DNA of 64,000 bases from Hypanus sabinus (GCF_030144855.1 NC_082731.1:20584001-20648000); one strand, 5' to 3'; counted from the first letter of the stretch, positions 26,551 through 39,589 are shown. Numbers and translations: made by a program. Notes: a model not told the origin generated them from the letters alone.

Positions 26551-27021
26551 CAAAGTTTCCCTCTGTTTATTAATGATTGCATTGGCTGTGCTGCCTGGCG
26601 AGTGTATGCGAAGTTTGCCAGCGAAATTCTCCCGCGTTCAATATAAGCCCGTGCTGTTGATGAATACTGTCTTTTCTTGCAGGAGCAAAGGGAAAGATTC
26701 AGTGACGCAGGAACCTCCCGACTTAACGGCCAGGGAAGGACAGAACATAACACCGAACTGTAATTTCACTTACAATGCTCCAGATATCTTCTGGTACATT
26801 CGACATAGTGGAGAACCTGAACATTATTTGCTGAAGGTATATAGCACCGGAGATATGTATCGGCATCCAGTTTGCCCATCGAGGTTTACCGCTAGTTTGC
26901 AGAAAGTCAGCAAGACGGTTCAATTGAATATCCGTGAAGCTCTCGTGTTGGTCTCTGGCATGTACCTCTGTGCAATGGGAACTACACAGTTGTATGGATA
27001 AGGCGGGTTCGGACTAAAACT
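26551..27021 (+). pseudogene. V gene with open V exon but lost ATG, GC donor, 1-nt deletion at the exon start and mutated heptamer
   Basis: ACACCAAAG replaces ACACCATG; donor GCGAGT at 26598; normal splicing gives GGA GCA AAG GGA AAG ATT CAG TGA. Exon DSVTQ...CNFTY...FWYIRH...HPVCPSRF...SGMYLCAMG is open. RSS TACACAG (26983), 23 bp, ACTAAAACT (27013-27021). Confidence 0.9.
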
Positions 27022-27499
27022 AGTCCTGTATGAAGCAAAAAGCTCTCACAGGAGGGCGACTTTTAGCCGCGAATCTGGAAAGGGTGCACCAAAAAGTCAT
27101 CCATGGTCACGTGCCCTGCTAAGGATCGTTGTAAGCATCAGCATAAGGTGCGGGAGAGTTTCGGATTACAAGGCACAAGCGAAATGGAAAGTTTCTATTC
27201 ATTTCCTGAATAATACAGTGTGCATTCGTCCATTTTCCTTTGCTGTAGGGGTAGCTAACGATGGACAGCCTTGACTGACATTGTCTTTGGCTACTTTCGT
27301 CTGTCTGCAAGGAAAAAATAATAAGGACGGAGTGCAACTGGAATATATTTAAAGTGGTCAATGCCTGACCAAAGGAAAACAGAAGGTGGCAAAAATTGAT
27401 GCTTTCTAGAATGACAAAAAATTGCAAGTGGCATGCTGCTAAAACACAGAAATTCACAACTCATTGAAATTCAGGAAGACATAACAGCTACTCTGATTT

Positions 27500-29760
27500 A
27501 TACTGAGTATTTAGATAATCCCACCGATTTACCGATGTTTAGCGTGATAGATAATGCAGATGCTATGTTCGTCGGTGTATTCCCCTGCTGTGTGAAAGAG
27601 GTTCATTGTTGAACATAACTCTATGGTTAAAATACCTATAGGCGACCACATACTACTGCAAGATTGATATTTTGAAGGCATGCCCAGCATAAAAAAGCGA
27701 CAGAGTAGGAGAGGAAATGAGATCACAACAGAGTGATAACTAGTATAATCTGGTTTCCCAGCCAGATTTAACTGATCCGATGCAATTGCCACCACGAGTA
27801 TTTTGGTATACATATCCAGATTGCGAATGGAATTTGTTTATTATTGTCGTATGATTGCATCGATTCGCTTATCACAGATGAATTTACTGCAATGATCATC
27901 GGGGTAGCAGAAAGTAAAATAGTAAAATAAATCAAAAATAAATTGTAACAGATGTATAAAAATGCCGCGCAGCCAGGAAATAAAGAACACAATCAGTCCC
28001 AGGTGGATTGGGACTGAGATTCAATTTCATCCTACAGATCAATACTCTAATAATCGGGTAGAATGTATACTTGAGCACACTGGAAAGTACTTCTCTATTG
28101 CATCTATTTCCGAAGCTACATTTCGAATTTCTGTAACTTTCATTTTAATGGTACATTTACCGTTTCGAAAAATTCCAAACTGTCACATTTAAAATGGCGG
28201 AGCAGACTCGATCAGACAAATGACGTTTTTCTGTTCCGATATCTTATGTTCTAATGGTTAACAGATTTACCTATCAAATTTTCGCAAATTCCTCGGAACA
28301 CGTTCCTCAGTGATCCTTCAGTCAGGAGGCGCATTGCCCAGAGCATCTTCTGCGGGACGTTGAACACATGATAACGCGGAAACGTGGAAATTGAGCACAT
28401 AGATATCTGCTGATCGAATCGAATGTCGGAATCGAATCGGATCCCTGGTGTCGTGATACCAGATATCACCACGCTACAAAGTAGGTACTCTGCAGTCCAC
28501 CACCTCAATTTTTCCACTCAGCTGATATTCTATGAGCTGGTAGTCTTCAGCTTGACAGAGATTTGCAATTGGCATGCTACTGATATTAACGATGCTGCAA
28601 CAGCTGCATTGATTAGATAATTACATTTAGATAATGCGACAGATCCTGCGAATGCTTAGACTGATAATGTAAGAAGCTCAATTTTCAATGTTGCTTTATG
28701 ATCACATATACCTGACCGCATACAACCCGTATACCTATGTTCTGATGTCATTTTCAGTAGATAGGAGAGCGAGAGAGGGAGAGAGGGAATGGGAGGACGA
28801 GAGTGTTAGCTTTCATAATCTGGTTTCCCAAACAGGTTTAACGGAACTGATGTCATCACCACGTGGGTTACTCTGCTCGATATGTTTGTTCATTATTGTA
28901 GGATGAGTGCATTGACTGGCATTTAACAGATGAATTCATTAAACAGCCTAACGAGGTAGTACAAAGTAAAACACTAAAACAATGCAAACAGAAATTGTGA
29001 CAGCCGTATAAAATGCAGTGCAAGCAGAAGATAAAGAACCAGGTCATCGAGGTAGATGGGATTAAAATTCAATTTCATCCTACAGATCGATACTCTTGAA
29101 ATAGAGCATAGTCTATTTTTGTGCACCTTGGAACGTGCTTTTATTGTTTNNNNNNNNNNNNNNNNNNNNNNNNNNNNNNNNNNNNNNNNNNNNNNNNNNN
29201 NNNNNNNNNNNNNNNNNNNNNNNNNNNNNNNNNNNNNNNNNNNNNNNNNNNNNNNNNNNNNNNNNNNNNNNNNNNNNNNNNNNNNNNNNNNNNNNNNNNN
29301 NNNNNNNNNNNNNNNNNNNNNNNNNNNNNNNNNNNNNNNNNNNNNNNNNNNNNNNNNNAGCACGCTGTTTCAGTCGAAATGGTGGATCAGACAAGGGCAA
29401 AATGGCTCAATACAGTTCTTACATGTTATGGTCCTTACTTTGCATTATCAATTATTTATCTGTTCAATTATAGCAAATTACTCCTAACATGTACCATCAG
29501 TGATTCTCTTTTCACGAGCACGTTCTACCTAGATCGTCTTTAGCAGGCATTGGAAACATGGCAACGCGGGTAACGTGGAAACTGAGCACATAAGTATGTG
29601 CTGAAGGCATCAAATGTTGGAGTCAAACCGGATCACCGGTGACATGACAGCAGATACCGCCAAGGTGCCACGATAGTCCTACCCATTATCTGCACGTCAC
29701 TGCTCAACCGATATTATCTGGACTAATGCCCGATATAACCTATTGAATTTGCAGTCTCTT
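27500..29760 (+). repeat. Imperfect ~1.1-kb tandem duplication in the intergenic spacer (contains a CR1 tail and a gap)
   Basis: TTCAATTTCATCCTACAGATC at ~28021 and ~29068; AACGTGGAAA.TGAGCACATA at ~28381 and ~29573. Related single copies at 32400-33420 and 48200-49100. Confidence 0.75.
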
Positions 29761-31014
29761 ACAGTTAACTCAAATTGCTTTAAGTTTATTATGTACTTTG
29801 TTATTGTCAGATGTACCAGGGTACAGCGAAATGAATGTCCACGATGATTGAATGATTTTGTTTAATATCAGTGAATGTACACAATACATAATCTAAAATC
29901 CCTAGTCTGCACAGACATAATTAAAAACAGAACAAAAACCCAAAGCATCAGGCCGAACAAATGTTAAGAACCTGAACTGATTCGCCTCCCTCACACAATC
30001 AGCGGCAAACAGTAGTAACCTATCCCACTTCTACTTCTCTCACTCATTCTAGCATATAGCATGAGCATTTCCACCACCACCTCCCGTCGAAGCAAACACA
30101 AAGCCACAAAGAGAGGCTTGGTCTGCAATAAAACAAAAAAAAAATGCTATTCATTGCAACATTTCGTCGTCCCACATGCATTCTCTCTCACACATTAACA
30201 AGGGAGAGTTTTGTTATCGCGATAGAAAAGACAGCAGTCCCTATTTCGATATTGCATTCAGTCTTATACATTACCACACGTTTGTAGAAAGGAAGCTAGA
30301 CAACACAATTGTATACCCTTGAAGAATTGTGTCGAATTTTTGCATGTATCTGCATTTGTATTAAACTGTCCTGTATAATTTCAAAAATCCTCTCACTGGA
30401 GGGGCGCATTTTACCGAAAAACTGGAAGGTGCACCTGGAAAGCACCCATGCTCACGTGTCCATCTTCAGCGCGTTACAGTCAGCAGTGCAAGAGGCCGAA
30501 TCTTGTGGAGCAGTTCTGATTACAATGCGCTCCCTAAACTGGAACTTTAAAATGTACTTCCCGTGATACCGCATTGTGCTTTCTCCCATCCTCCGTTTGC
30601 TGTAACGGCATACCAATATTGACAACTTTGCTTGACGTTGCCTTTGGCCACATTTTTCGAGTGTCAGCAGTGAGATATAATGAGCAGGAGTGTAAGCGAG
30701 ATATACGTAAATTGGATAATGGCTGAAAAAAGGAAAAGGCAGGGTGCGGAAATCAGTGGTTTTCTGATTGACCAATAATTGCAAGTAGCATGATCCTCAT
30801 ATAAAGGTTGTTGCAAAAGCTACTTATGATTTATACTGAGTATTTAGATAATGCGACAGAACCTGCGAATGTTTAGTGTGATAGAGAAATACCATATATA
30901 GAGTGTAACAGTACTTTAACTCCCATTTTACAGTTAAAGTCACAGTGAGAAACAGAGGGTGATGAATACGAGGAATGACGGAAAGAAGCGATGGCAAAAG
31001 GGGATGGATTGAGA

Positions 31015-31019
31015 CAGGA

Positions 31020-31079
<60 letters not shown>

Positions 31080-31205
31080 GAGAGAGAGATAAAGAGTCGA
31101 GACTGAGAAGGGAGAAACACAAATACATGCAAGTAAATGTGAAAAAGAGAGAAAAGTGATAGCGGGAGGAATGAGGGGAGTGAGAGGGCGAGAGTGAGAA
31201 AGAGC

Positions 31206-31260
<55 letters not shown>
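31015..31260 (+). repeat. (GA)n microsatellites upstream of the intact V at 31514
   Basis: Two near-perfect GA runs at ~31020-31090 and ~31200-31258. Confidence 0.95.
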
Positions 31261-31262
<2 letters not shown>

Positions 31263-31307
31263 GGGCATGAACAACGGGTCATTGAAAAAGCGGAGAGACA
31301 GGCAGAA

Positions 31308-31340
31308 TGACGAATGGAAACAAAGCAGTTTCTGATTGGT
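31308..31340 (+). promoter_or_regulatory. Putative V promoter core: TGACG half-CRE, AACAAAG (TCF/LEF/SOX-type), ATTGG (reverse CCAAT)
   Basis: GAAACAAAG...TGATTGGTG recurs at 47140-47164 and, in variant form, at 35066-35090, each ~170-200 bp before a V ATG. Confidence 0.55.
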
Positions 31341-31513
31341 GATCAGAAAGGCTCTTTTATTTCTGTCAGCCAAACATTTTAACCAGATAAACGGCCACCT
31401 GGACTTACGCAAATTGAAAGGTATTTTTTAAATGATTCTACACCACAATATCTGTTAAGTGACTACAACCCTGGAAGGAATCTGCTGTTCGACCCAGCCA
31501 GATATTAGACATC

Positions 31514-31947
31514 ATGATTCCCCTCTGTTTATTGCTGATTGCATTGGTTGTGCTGCCTGGTGAGTCTCTGAGAAGAAAGCCAGTTAATTTCCCTCGCGTT
31601 CAATGCAAGCCAGCGATGTTGACGTTTTTGTGTCCTTTTTTTGCAGGAACGAGTGGGAAAGATTCAGTGACGCAGCATCCTTCCGACTTCACAGCTGAGG
31701 AAGAACAGACCATAATATTGAACTGTAATTACACTTACGTTGATGCAGATATCATTTGGTACATTCAACATAGTGGAGAACCTCCAATTTATTTGCTGAA
31801 AGTATATAACACAGGAAAAATGGAGAGGCATCCAGATTGCCCAGCGAGATTTAACGCTAGTTTGCATAGAGACAGCAAGTCGGCTCAACTGAATATCCGT
31901 GAAGCTCTCGTGTCGGACTCTGGCATGTATCTCTGTGCAATGAGAAC
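31514..31947 (+). CDS. TRAV/TRDV: Apparently functional TCR alpha/delta V gene segment (leader 31514-31559, intron 31560-31646, V exon 31647-31947)
   Basis: MIPLCLLLIALVVLPG-TSGKDSVTQHPSDFTAEEEQTIILNCNYTYVDADIIWYIQHSGEPPIYLLKVYNTGKMERHPDCPARFNASLHRDSKSAQLNIREALVSDSGMYLCAMR; GT/AG intact. Confidence 0.93.
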
Positions 31948-31986
31948 CACACTGTTTTATGGAGACGGTGCCTTCGGACAAAAACT
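31948..31986 (+). other. 23-bp-spacer RSS
   Basis: CACACTG, 23 bp, ACAAAAACT. Confidence 0.93.
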
Positions 31987-32010
31987 GAGCAAGTGTGCTG
32001 CAAAAATCTC

Positions 32011-32078
32011 TCACTAGGCGGCGCACTTTTGCGGTGAATCTGGAAGAGGCGCACCCACAAATCAGCCATGGTCACGTG
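32011..32078 (+). promoter_or_regulatory. RSS-proximal CTCF-like motif (32011-32024) and E-box (32073-32078)
   Basis: TCACTAGGCGGCGC and GGTCACGTG; paralogous motifs occur after several other V segments. Binding is not demonstrated. Confidence 0.6.
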
Positions 32079-33660
32079 CCACACTTAAGAGCTTTGCTGT
32101 CAGCAGCATAAGATGCAGAAGCTATAGGAAAAGTTCCTAATTACAAGGCGTATCCAAACTGGATATTTACATTGCATTTCCGGGAAAACCCAATGTACAT
32201 TCACACATATCCTTTTGCGGCAAAGGCATATCACAATTGCTAGAATTGACTGACGTTGTATTTGGCCACTTTGTTCTTGAGTCTGAAAACAGAAATATTG
32301 AACACGGCGTAAAAAACCGGATATATATCTAAATTGCACAATTTGCTGACTGAAAAAAAAAGAGGGTGGGAAAATTGCTGGTTTTAGAATTGAAAAGGAA
32401 TTGCAAGTGACACGCTATTGAAACTCAAGATGATGCAGTAGCAACTTATGATTTATGCTGAATATTTAGATAATGCGACTGAACTTGTTGATGTTTTGCT
32501 TGATAGAGAATACAGATTCTACTTCGGTCGTTGTAATCCCGATATGTGAAAAGGTGCTTGTATGTTTTAAGTAAATTTATGATTAAAGTATATAGATGCG
32601 ACTACATTCTACCCCCAGATTCATACTGTAGGTATTTTCAGTATGAAACAGAGCCAGAGGAAGAGAAGGGGAATGGGATCATGATCCCATTGTATACAGC
32701 TTGTATATTCTGATTTGCCAACCTGATTTAATGGCTCCGATGTTATCGCCACGTCTGGCATTTTGCTAGATATCCAAAATGGAAACGGAACTGGTTTATT
32801 ACTGTCGCAAACTGCATTGATTCGGTTTTTACAGATAAATTCACTGCACTGCCTATCCAGGTTGTACAAAGTAAAACACTACAACAATGCAAAAATAAAG
32901 AGTGGCAGCCATATAGAGTGCAGCTCAAGCAGGATGTACGGGACAAGTTCATACCGAGGTAGATGGGATTAGAATTCAATTTCATCGTACGGTTCGATAC
33001 TCTTGTAATGGGGCATAATATATTGTTGTGCACAATGGAACGAGCTTCTATTCTTTTGTGTCTTCCAACCGGTAGTGCAAACAAAAAGGACAACGTCCAG
33101 TTACTGTCGAAGCAGCACAAACTGATAATATCTGTTTCCAAAGAAATATTTAGACTTTTTGAAACTCAATTTGTACTGTATCGAATGATAGTATATATAC
33201 TGTATCGAATAATTCCATTAGCACACTGTCTCAGCCGAAACCGTGGAGCAGACTCGAAAGGCCAAATGGCTTAATTCATTTCCTATATGTTATGATCTTG
33301 TTATCAATTTTCGCACATTACTCCTAACATGTACGCAGAGTGATTCTCTGATCACGAGCATGTGCTAACTAGATCGCCTTTACCAGGCACTGAAAGACAT
33401 GGCAACGCGGGAAACATGGAAACGTGCAATGGGGATTTAACATAAACAGCAGAAAAATTTCGGTAGAGACTCTGAATCAGACCCCATTACTCTTCGTAGC
33501 CCAATATCTGAATGATTCACCGACCACAAGGGAGCAGGGAGCATGAGAGGAAGACCACGAACGATAGAGAGAGAGAACCACATAAATAAACACTTGTGGA
33601 AAGAAAGGCATGTAGGGTGTAGAGTGAGTGTAGGGCAGCGATAGTTATCAGATTCTGTGA

Positions 33661-33668
33661 TGACGTCA
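33661..33668 (+). promoter_or_regulatory. Palindromic CRE (TGACGTCA) ~190 bp upstream of a V leader
   Basis: Exact CRE match; CRE-like elements are known in TCR V promoters. Confidence 0.45.
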
Positions 33669-33853
33669 ATGAATAACAGAGTGGGAAATCTAGCAGAGCT
33701 AAAAGAGTGGAAAGCCGATGCCGATTTCTGCCTAAATCGGCCCGATTCTGTTTTCTCGTCCAGTAGCTTTATAGGGAAAAGCACGGAGAACAGTGACCCT
33801 GTCCCATTCTCAGCCAACAATTTCGCTGCTGATTGCTTGACTGTGCCAACACT

Positions 33854-34323
33854 ATGGGTCCCCTCTTTTCATTCTCGACAATGTTGTCTGTGCTGAGTGG
33901 TGAGCTTTTGTGATTGAAATCAGTGCCCTGTCATCTTATTGCAAGCCAGCATGCTGGGAATGCTCGTACACGCGTTATTTCTTGTGGAAGAACGGGGGAA
34001 GATTTAGTGAAACTAAATTTAAGATACCCCGAATTAATGTTTTCGAAAAGGTCTGACCATAACACTGAAATGTGCGAAAACCTGTGAAATATTTTGTGCA
34101 TTCAGCATCCCGAGGAAGATCCAAAGTACCTGCTGAAGATATGCAGCTCAGAAGAAACGTACCAGCTTGTAGAATGTCCAGTGAGATTTACTGTTGATTT
34201 GCAGAAATGCAACAGGACGACACATCTGTATATGTATGGAGCTCTTGTGTCAGATTCCGGGGTGTTTCTCCGTGCCATGCAACACACAATGTTGCGGTCA
34301 GACAGCGAGCCGGGACAAAAATC
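33854..34323 (+). pseudogene. V pseudogene with intact leader and near-consensus RSS
   Basis: Leader MGPLFSFSTMLSVLSG with GTGAGC donor; acceptor mutated (TTGTGG); frameshift; Trp41 and Cys104 lost (DSGVFLRAM). RSS CACAATG (34285), 23 bp, ACAAAAATC (34315-34323). Confidence 0.9.
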
Positions 34324-34559
34324 GTGCATGGAGCATGATTTGAGCGCTCAGTCGATAGAGGCACTTGCTGAGAAAGTGGACAGGGGAGCTCCCAATAAAG
34401 CACTGACTCTCACTTTCTATATATAAGAGTGAAACACTCAGTGGCAAAATGTACTCAAGACAGATGAACACTTCTTCGTTTGAAGGCATACCCCAATGGA
34501 AACCGCACATAATATTTTCGGGATATTTGGACAATTATTTACTTATTTTCTTCGCGATA

Positions 34560-34845
34560 CAACACATGAGTATGTCTTTCCAGTCCTTTAAATCGCACCA
34601 ATGTAGCAAATCCTGACAACTCATATTTAATACTAATTTATTCATGGGACAATTTACAATGACCAAATAACCTAACTTGTGCTGTGGGTAAACGCAACTG
34701 TAGGACTTGGAGAGGAAAAAAAAAACAACAATGATTATAGACATTATAGGTCCTGACTCCTTGCAAACACCGCAAATGAATATTGAACTCCGAAGTTTCG
34801 AGCTTTAACAGAGTCGCGCAAACCGCTGTGCTTTCGATCATGCAG
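34560..34845 (-). mobile_element. V-SINE (HE1-like), decayed
   Basis: GGGACAATTTACAATGACCAAATAACCTA is the reverse complement of the V-SINE core. Confidence 0.65.
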
Positions 34846-35257
34846 CTGAAGACACATCACGACAATCTGTGGCTTGAACTCAGTCTGCACATCTGACAGA
34901 CAGCATCAGCAAAGAGTCGATGTTCTCTACCCCAACGGGGAACCCTATTGCCTCCAGAAGGAGAACATGCCAACGTTGAAAGCACGCTTCTCGAGTTTCA
35001 AGTTCAGTTTCTATCACTCAGTGCAGATTTTGTTTAGAGGATGAAAACACAATGAACGATAAACTGAAACAAAGTAGATTCTGACTGGTGCTCAGAAAGT
35101 TTGGGCCCCTGTTTATGAGCGAGTCATTCAGTAGGGTAATATGCCCGATCTTAATCAAAGTGAAGAGAGCTGTTGGTCATTATCTCTCTACTTTTATCAA
35201 TTGATCGTAACTGTTTGGAAGTAACCTGCCTTTCTCATAATCCAGAAGCCCAAAGCC

Positions 35258-35687
35258 ATGCATGTTTTCTTTCTTCTCTGATTGTTTCGACTGTGTTGTG
35301 TTGTGAGTCTTTGCAGAGTCGGATAGGTACTGTTTCATGGGTTTAATAGACTCCAAGAATTTTCAAAAAATCTGTCCTTTATTCCAACGACAAATGGAAT
35401 TCTTTTTCAGTGATATTGGACCCCCCCGAATTAACTACTGAGGAAAGAAACAACTGTAAATGCAGCGGCGCTGCTGGTACCATCAGTAATTTGAGTTAAT
35501 TCGAAAATACTTGCATAAGAGATATAGCTCAAGAAAGCAAGGGCCTTTGAGGTTTACGGTTCCATTTAGAAAGGTATCATACTGGCAAATTTGAATATTT
35601 CTGCGCTGTTGTTTCGGGCTCCTTCGTGTTCCTCTGTGTCACAGGGACCAGACTATAGTTGGTAAACTGCGGGTCTGCACAAAAACA
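35258..35687 (+). pseudogene. Decayed V pseudogene
   Basis: Leader-like ATG...GTGAGT; CCCGAATTAACTACTGAGGAA (PELTTEE); TTGAATATTTCT...TTCCTCTGTG. RSS CAGACTA (35649), 23 bp, ACAAAAACA (35679-35687). Confidence 0.75.
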
Positions 35688-36395
35688 TGTTGTGGATGAT
35701 GTATACAACTCTCACTGGAGAACGTGAAACTGGAAGGGGAACAGGGCGCACTTCAAAGTCAGTTGTGTCGTGTGTTTGAATTAAGACGCCCAAATTGTGT
35801 AATGCAAAGTGTACTGAAATTGCATATTTTCAATGTATTTCAGGGATATCCACTCTCTAAACTCCCTTTGCTTGGAACGCCTTATGAATGCAGCGAACCT
35901 TGCTCGACATCGTCCATGACAAATTCATTCTACATCCCTGAGTGTATTGCAGTGAAAATGATGCAGTGGTTGTGGAGAAACCTGGAGATACAGTGACTGT
36001 ATATCCTCAGACAGAACTGGATGAGGTGACGTTCGGAAAGCTCATGATCAAAGCAAAGTTTCACTTTGAATTTATTTACTGCATGGGACATGGGCTCACA
36101 AATATGATATAGAATTTGTCTATTATTTTTACATCTGCTGCTGTAGAGAGAAAGATTGATACAGATCAATTGGTTGTCGAGATAGGGCAAGGTAAAACAA
36201 TAAAACAATAAAATAATGCAGAAATGTAGAGCTGGTTGGCAAACTGATCAGCCAGTTCTTCTATAAAGAAGTCATGCTGTCTTTAAAAAAAAACGGTTGT
36301 GTGATGCTAATAATCACACATTTTCCAATATCTGTCAATTGATAGTAACTACTTGGAATTAGACTGCTTTTCGGCAGAGCCATAATCCGGACGCC

Positions 36396-36843
36396 ATGTA
36401 CCATTCCTCTGTTCCTTATTGTTTGCACTGGCCGTTTGCTGTCAGTCTCTGGGAAGTGAGAACCAACTAATTTCTGGTGAGATTATGGCAATCCAGGGAT
36501 CTTCCAAAATTCTAACATTTATTGAGCGGATAAAATCTGTGATGGAGGGTTCCCTTCATTAAACGGTTCAGGAAGACAGAACACAACACTAGCGCCGGTG
36601 TAAATATTTTTAGTACATTCCGCATTTCCGGCAATTTCTAAAACAACTTGTGAAGTTACTGTCTATAGGTCAGGGAAATTTGGAGTTCACTCAAAAATAT
36701 CCAGTTAAATTATCGCCATTTCGCTGAAAGTCAGCAGAAATGATCACTTGATATCTTGGGTGCCCTTTTTGTACTCCACGATGTTCCTCTGTGCTATGGA
36801 TAACTACGCTCTTGCAGCGAGACCTCGTCTCCGTGCAAAATGA
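36396..36843 (+). pseudogene. Strongly decayed V pseudogene
   Basis: Leader-like ATG with TTCCTCTGTTCCTTATTG; ATATTTTTAGTACATT (IFxYI); TTCCTCTGTGCTATG (FLCAM). RSS remnant TACGCTC, 23 bp (TTGCAGCGAGAC...), GCAAAATGA. Confidence 0.65.
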
Positions 36844-38799
36844 AGGTTCTGGGTGATGCAGGTAGTGTCAGTGGAATGCGTTTCGACAGTTCGCTGTAAG
36901 GGGCAGAAACAGACATCCGTAAGTTTACGCGGTCTACTTAAATGGTAGCCGCTCAGTCGCCAATTCTGACAAACTTGTTACCGTTTTTGCATTCAACTCA
37001 AATGTAAACATTAAAATGCCTTTCTTGTATATCTAACCGTAACTAAATACCCTATTTTGCATGGGATGCATATCATGGTTTTCAACTGTGTTCAATGTTG
37101 CCTTTTACCAGTTTACTCGGGATCATTGTGGGAGCAACTGTGAGGGCATGGTCGAACTTGGAGAAACAAAACATTCCTTTGCTACATTAAATGCTACAGA
37201 TCTAGGCGAATATTCATGTGGAATCTATTGTCATTGAATCAACGAGGTAAATCAGAGAGTGGGAGGAAATGGGTGTCGGATTGACTATGTATAACGAATG
37301 GGAGGCACTGAAATATAGGATGCTGCAACAAATATTTATATTTAGTTTGATGACTTCCGTAAGTAACACAACATGTGGATGTATTATTTGATAGATTTAG
37401 CGGATACAGCTGTGATAGAAGCGTTCACAATCTCTGAGGAAAGAGTAGGAGTGACAAGACAGGAAATACAAGACGGTTTAATGTCTCAAGCATAGATTTG
37501 TCAATGAGGACGTTTCCTTTCAACATCTTGTTTTAAATATCCAAGTTCGAATTGCATTTATAAAATAGTCAAATTTGTCCACATACTGTGAAAAGGTTGA
37601 CTTGGTTCCGATCATACAGATCCATTCATTACAGTATTTGACGAGAGAGTAAAAGATAAACAATTTTGGAACACAGAAGAGAGGAACAGTCAATATAGCA
37701 AAGTAATGCATGGAAATAAAGAATCAGGCCACACAGAGTGCATTGGGGGTTCAGAGATGATCTCATCCTGCAGTCCATTACTCTTATAAACTCAGAGTAG
37801 AAAACTGTGTAATTACCTGCACGACGGGAAAAGAGAACAGACAGTTCAGTTTCCTGATCAAGTAAGGAGAACAGAATTAAAGTCCAGATTATTTCCAAGT
37901 ATCATTTTAATCTTGTATGCACGCAAGATACAACCCCATTGTCACAATGCACAGATTAGTTCGCAGTCACCCATGGTAAATTCTGAAAGTTTAATATCCG
38001 CTTGAGGCAGACAGTATTCACAAATTATTTTCGACAATCTTGATTCGAACTTTCATTCACATAAATCTGAATAAAATCACATCGTACAGTGGGTAAAACG
38101 TTTCGGATATTATCTCAAGCAGAAATTGTCGGACTCAAACTCACGCCTGCAGAACAGAACCTGAAAAAATGCCTCCATAATTGAATATATCGTGACCTGT
38201 ATATCTGGTACCTTGACTGCTAAGGTTAACCACAAGATGTGAAATGAAATATTGAAAAATGGAATAAACAGAGAGAGGGGCAAAAAAGGNNNNNNNNNNN
38301 NNNNNNNNNNNNNNNNNNNNNNNNNNNNNNNNNNNNNNNNNNNNNNNNNNNNNNNNNNNNNNNNNNNNNNNNNNNNNNNNNNNNNNNNNNNNNNNNNNNN
38401 NNNNNNNNNNNNNNNNNNNNNNNNNNNNNNNNNNNNNNNNNNNNNNNNNNNNNNNNNNNNNNNNNNNNNNNNNNNNNNNNNNNNNNNNNNNNNNNNNNNN
38501 NNNNNNNNNNNNNNNNNNNNNNNNNNNNNNNNNNNNNNNNNNNNNNNNNNATGGCGATAATGAAAGCTGTTGCAAAGAGGACGGCGCTGTGTGAAAGAAA
38601 CAGACGTCAAAGAAAGTAGGGAAAGGGCAGAGAGCGAAAAAGAAACAAAACAATCAAGTTTGAAAGAGTTTTGAGGAGGGAATTACAAACATAAAGTCTC
38701 GAAATAGTAGTAAACTAGATTTCGTACGAACCCAAGCTGATCTTCATCATAATCTTATTTTCGGTTTTCGCTGTCAATGTGTCTGGTGTGTTTCTCATA

Positions 38800-39545
38800 G
38801 TAACTGAAAGTTTCATTGGTTTAGCACCGTCCTGGATGCTGAACGATTCTGTCCTTCGTTTCAAAACCCATGGAGTAAAGCTCAGTAAAGCTGGCAGTTT
38901 GTACAAGCAGCAGGTAAATTTTCGTTTTGGTTCAGGCTAGGGAAGATGTGACGGCAGTTGATCTTCCCAGTAATATTGTGGTCCCGGGAGAAGCTCGGCC
39001 ATGGTGCCCCCATAACTACAGAGAAGAGGGAGGTTAGGTGAGAATGCTGAATTGGACGTCGTGTTTCTCGTAGTTCAGGGCGGAGACTTCAAAGACAATT
39101 TGATCTCGTTTCTTCGGTGTGAAAGGAAGGAGTTGTCTGATGTGCAACGTATAATGAACCTCCAGAGAAGGGAAAAATTCTGAGCTGGTAGCAGCACTTA
39201 CATCCCTACTACAGAAATGCCAAAATACACCGGCGGAGGAAAAATGTTATCGTAGGCTGATAATGCTCAAAGGAATGAAGCACACCTCTGACGGAGAGGA
39301 GGAATATGAGGCTTTGGTGGAGCACACCTTTTAGATATCGGATTAGTGGTACTCTCTGAAAATATGAAATGAGAGCGACTGGTAGAAAGTCACAAATGTT
39401 TGGATGCTGAAGTGGTGTGCTTCCTCAAAGAAGAGAGGCCACTTCCGATTTCAGCGGATTACAAGTACATGTAAGAAGGCATTTTTTTTTGCACGATGGA
39501 AAGCCCAGTGGAGCTGATGAGGAGAGGGGGTGGTTATGAGCATAC
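38800..39545 (+). mobile_element. Decayed Ty3/Gypsy gag of the PNMA-like type
   Basis: EDVTAVDLPSNIVVPGEARPW, YRRLIMLKGMKHTSDGEEEYEALVEH and RLVESHKCLDAEVVCFLK resemble PNMA/gag motifs as recalled (IPGKGGPW; YRKLRVFSG...GEESFEAWLE; RLxESLRGPA). Multiple stops. Confidence 0.7.
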
Positions 39546-39589
39546 TCCAGTGGATAGGAGAAATTACTAACCGCATTTCTCAGTTAGTT

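Noticed and set aside
37500-37900. Minus-strand leader-like peptide (EIIWTLILFSLL) suggesting an inverted V
   Set aside because: No proper ATG, no WYxQ or DxxxYxC motif and no RSS in that orientation.
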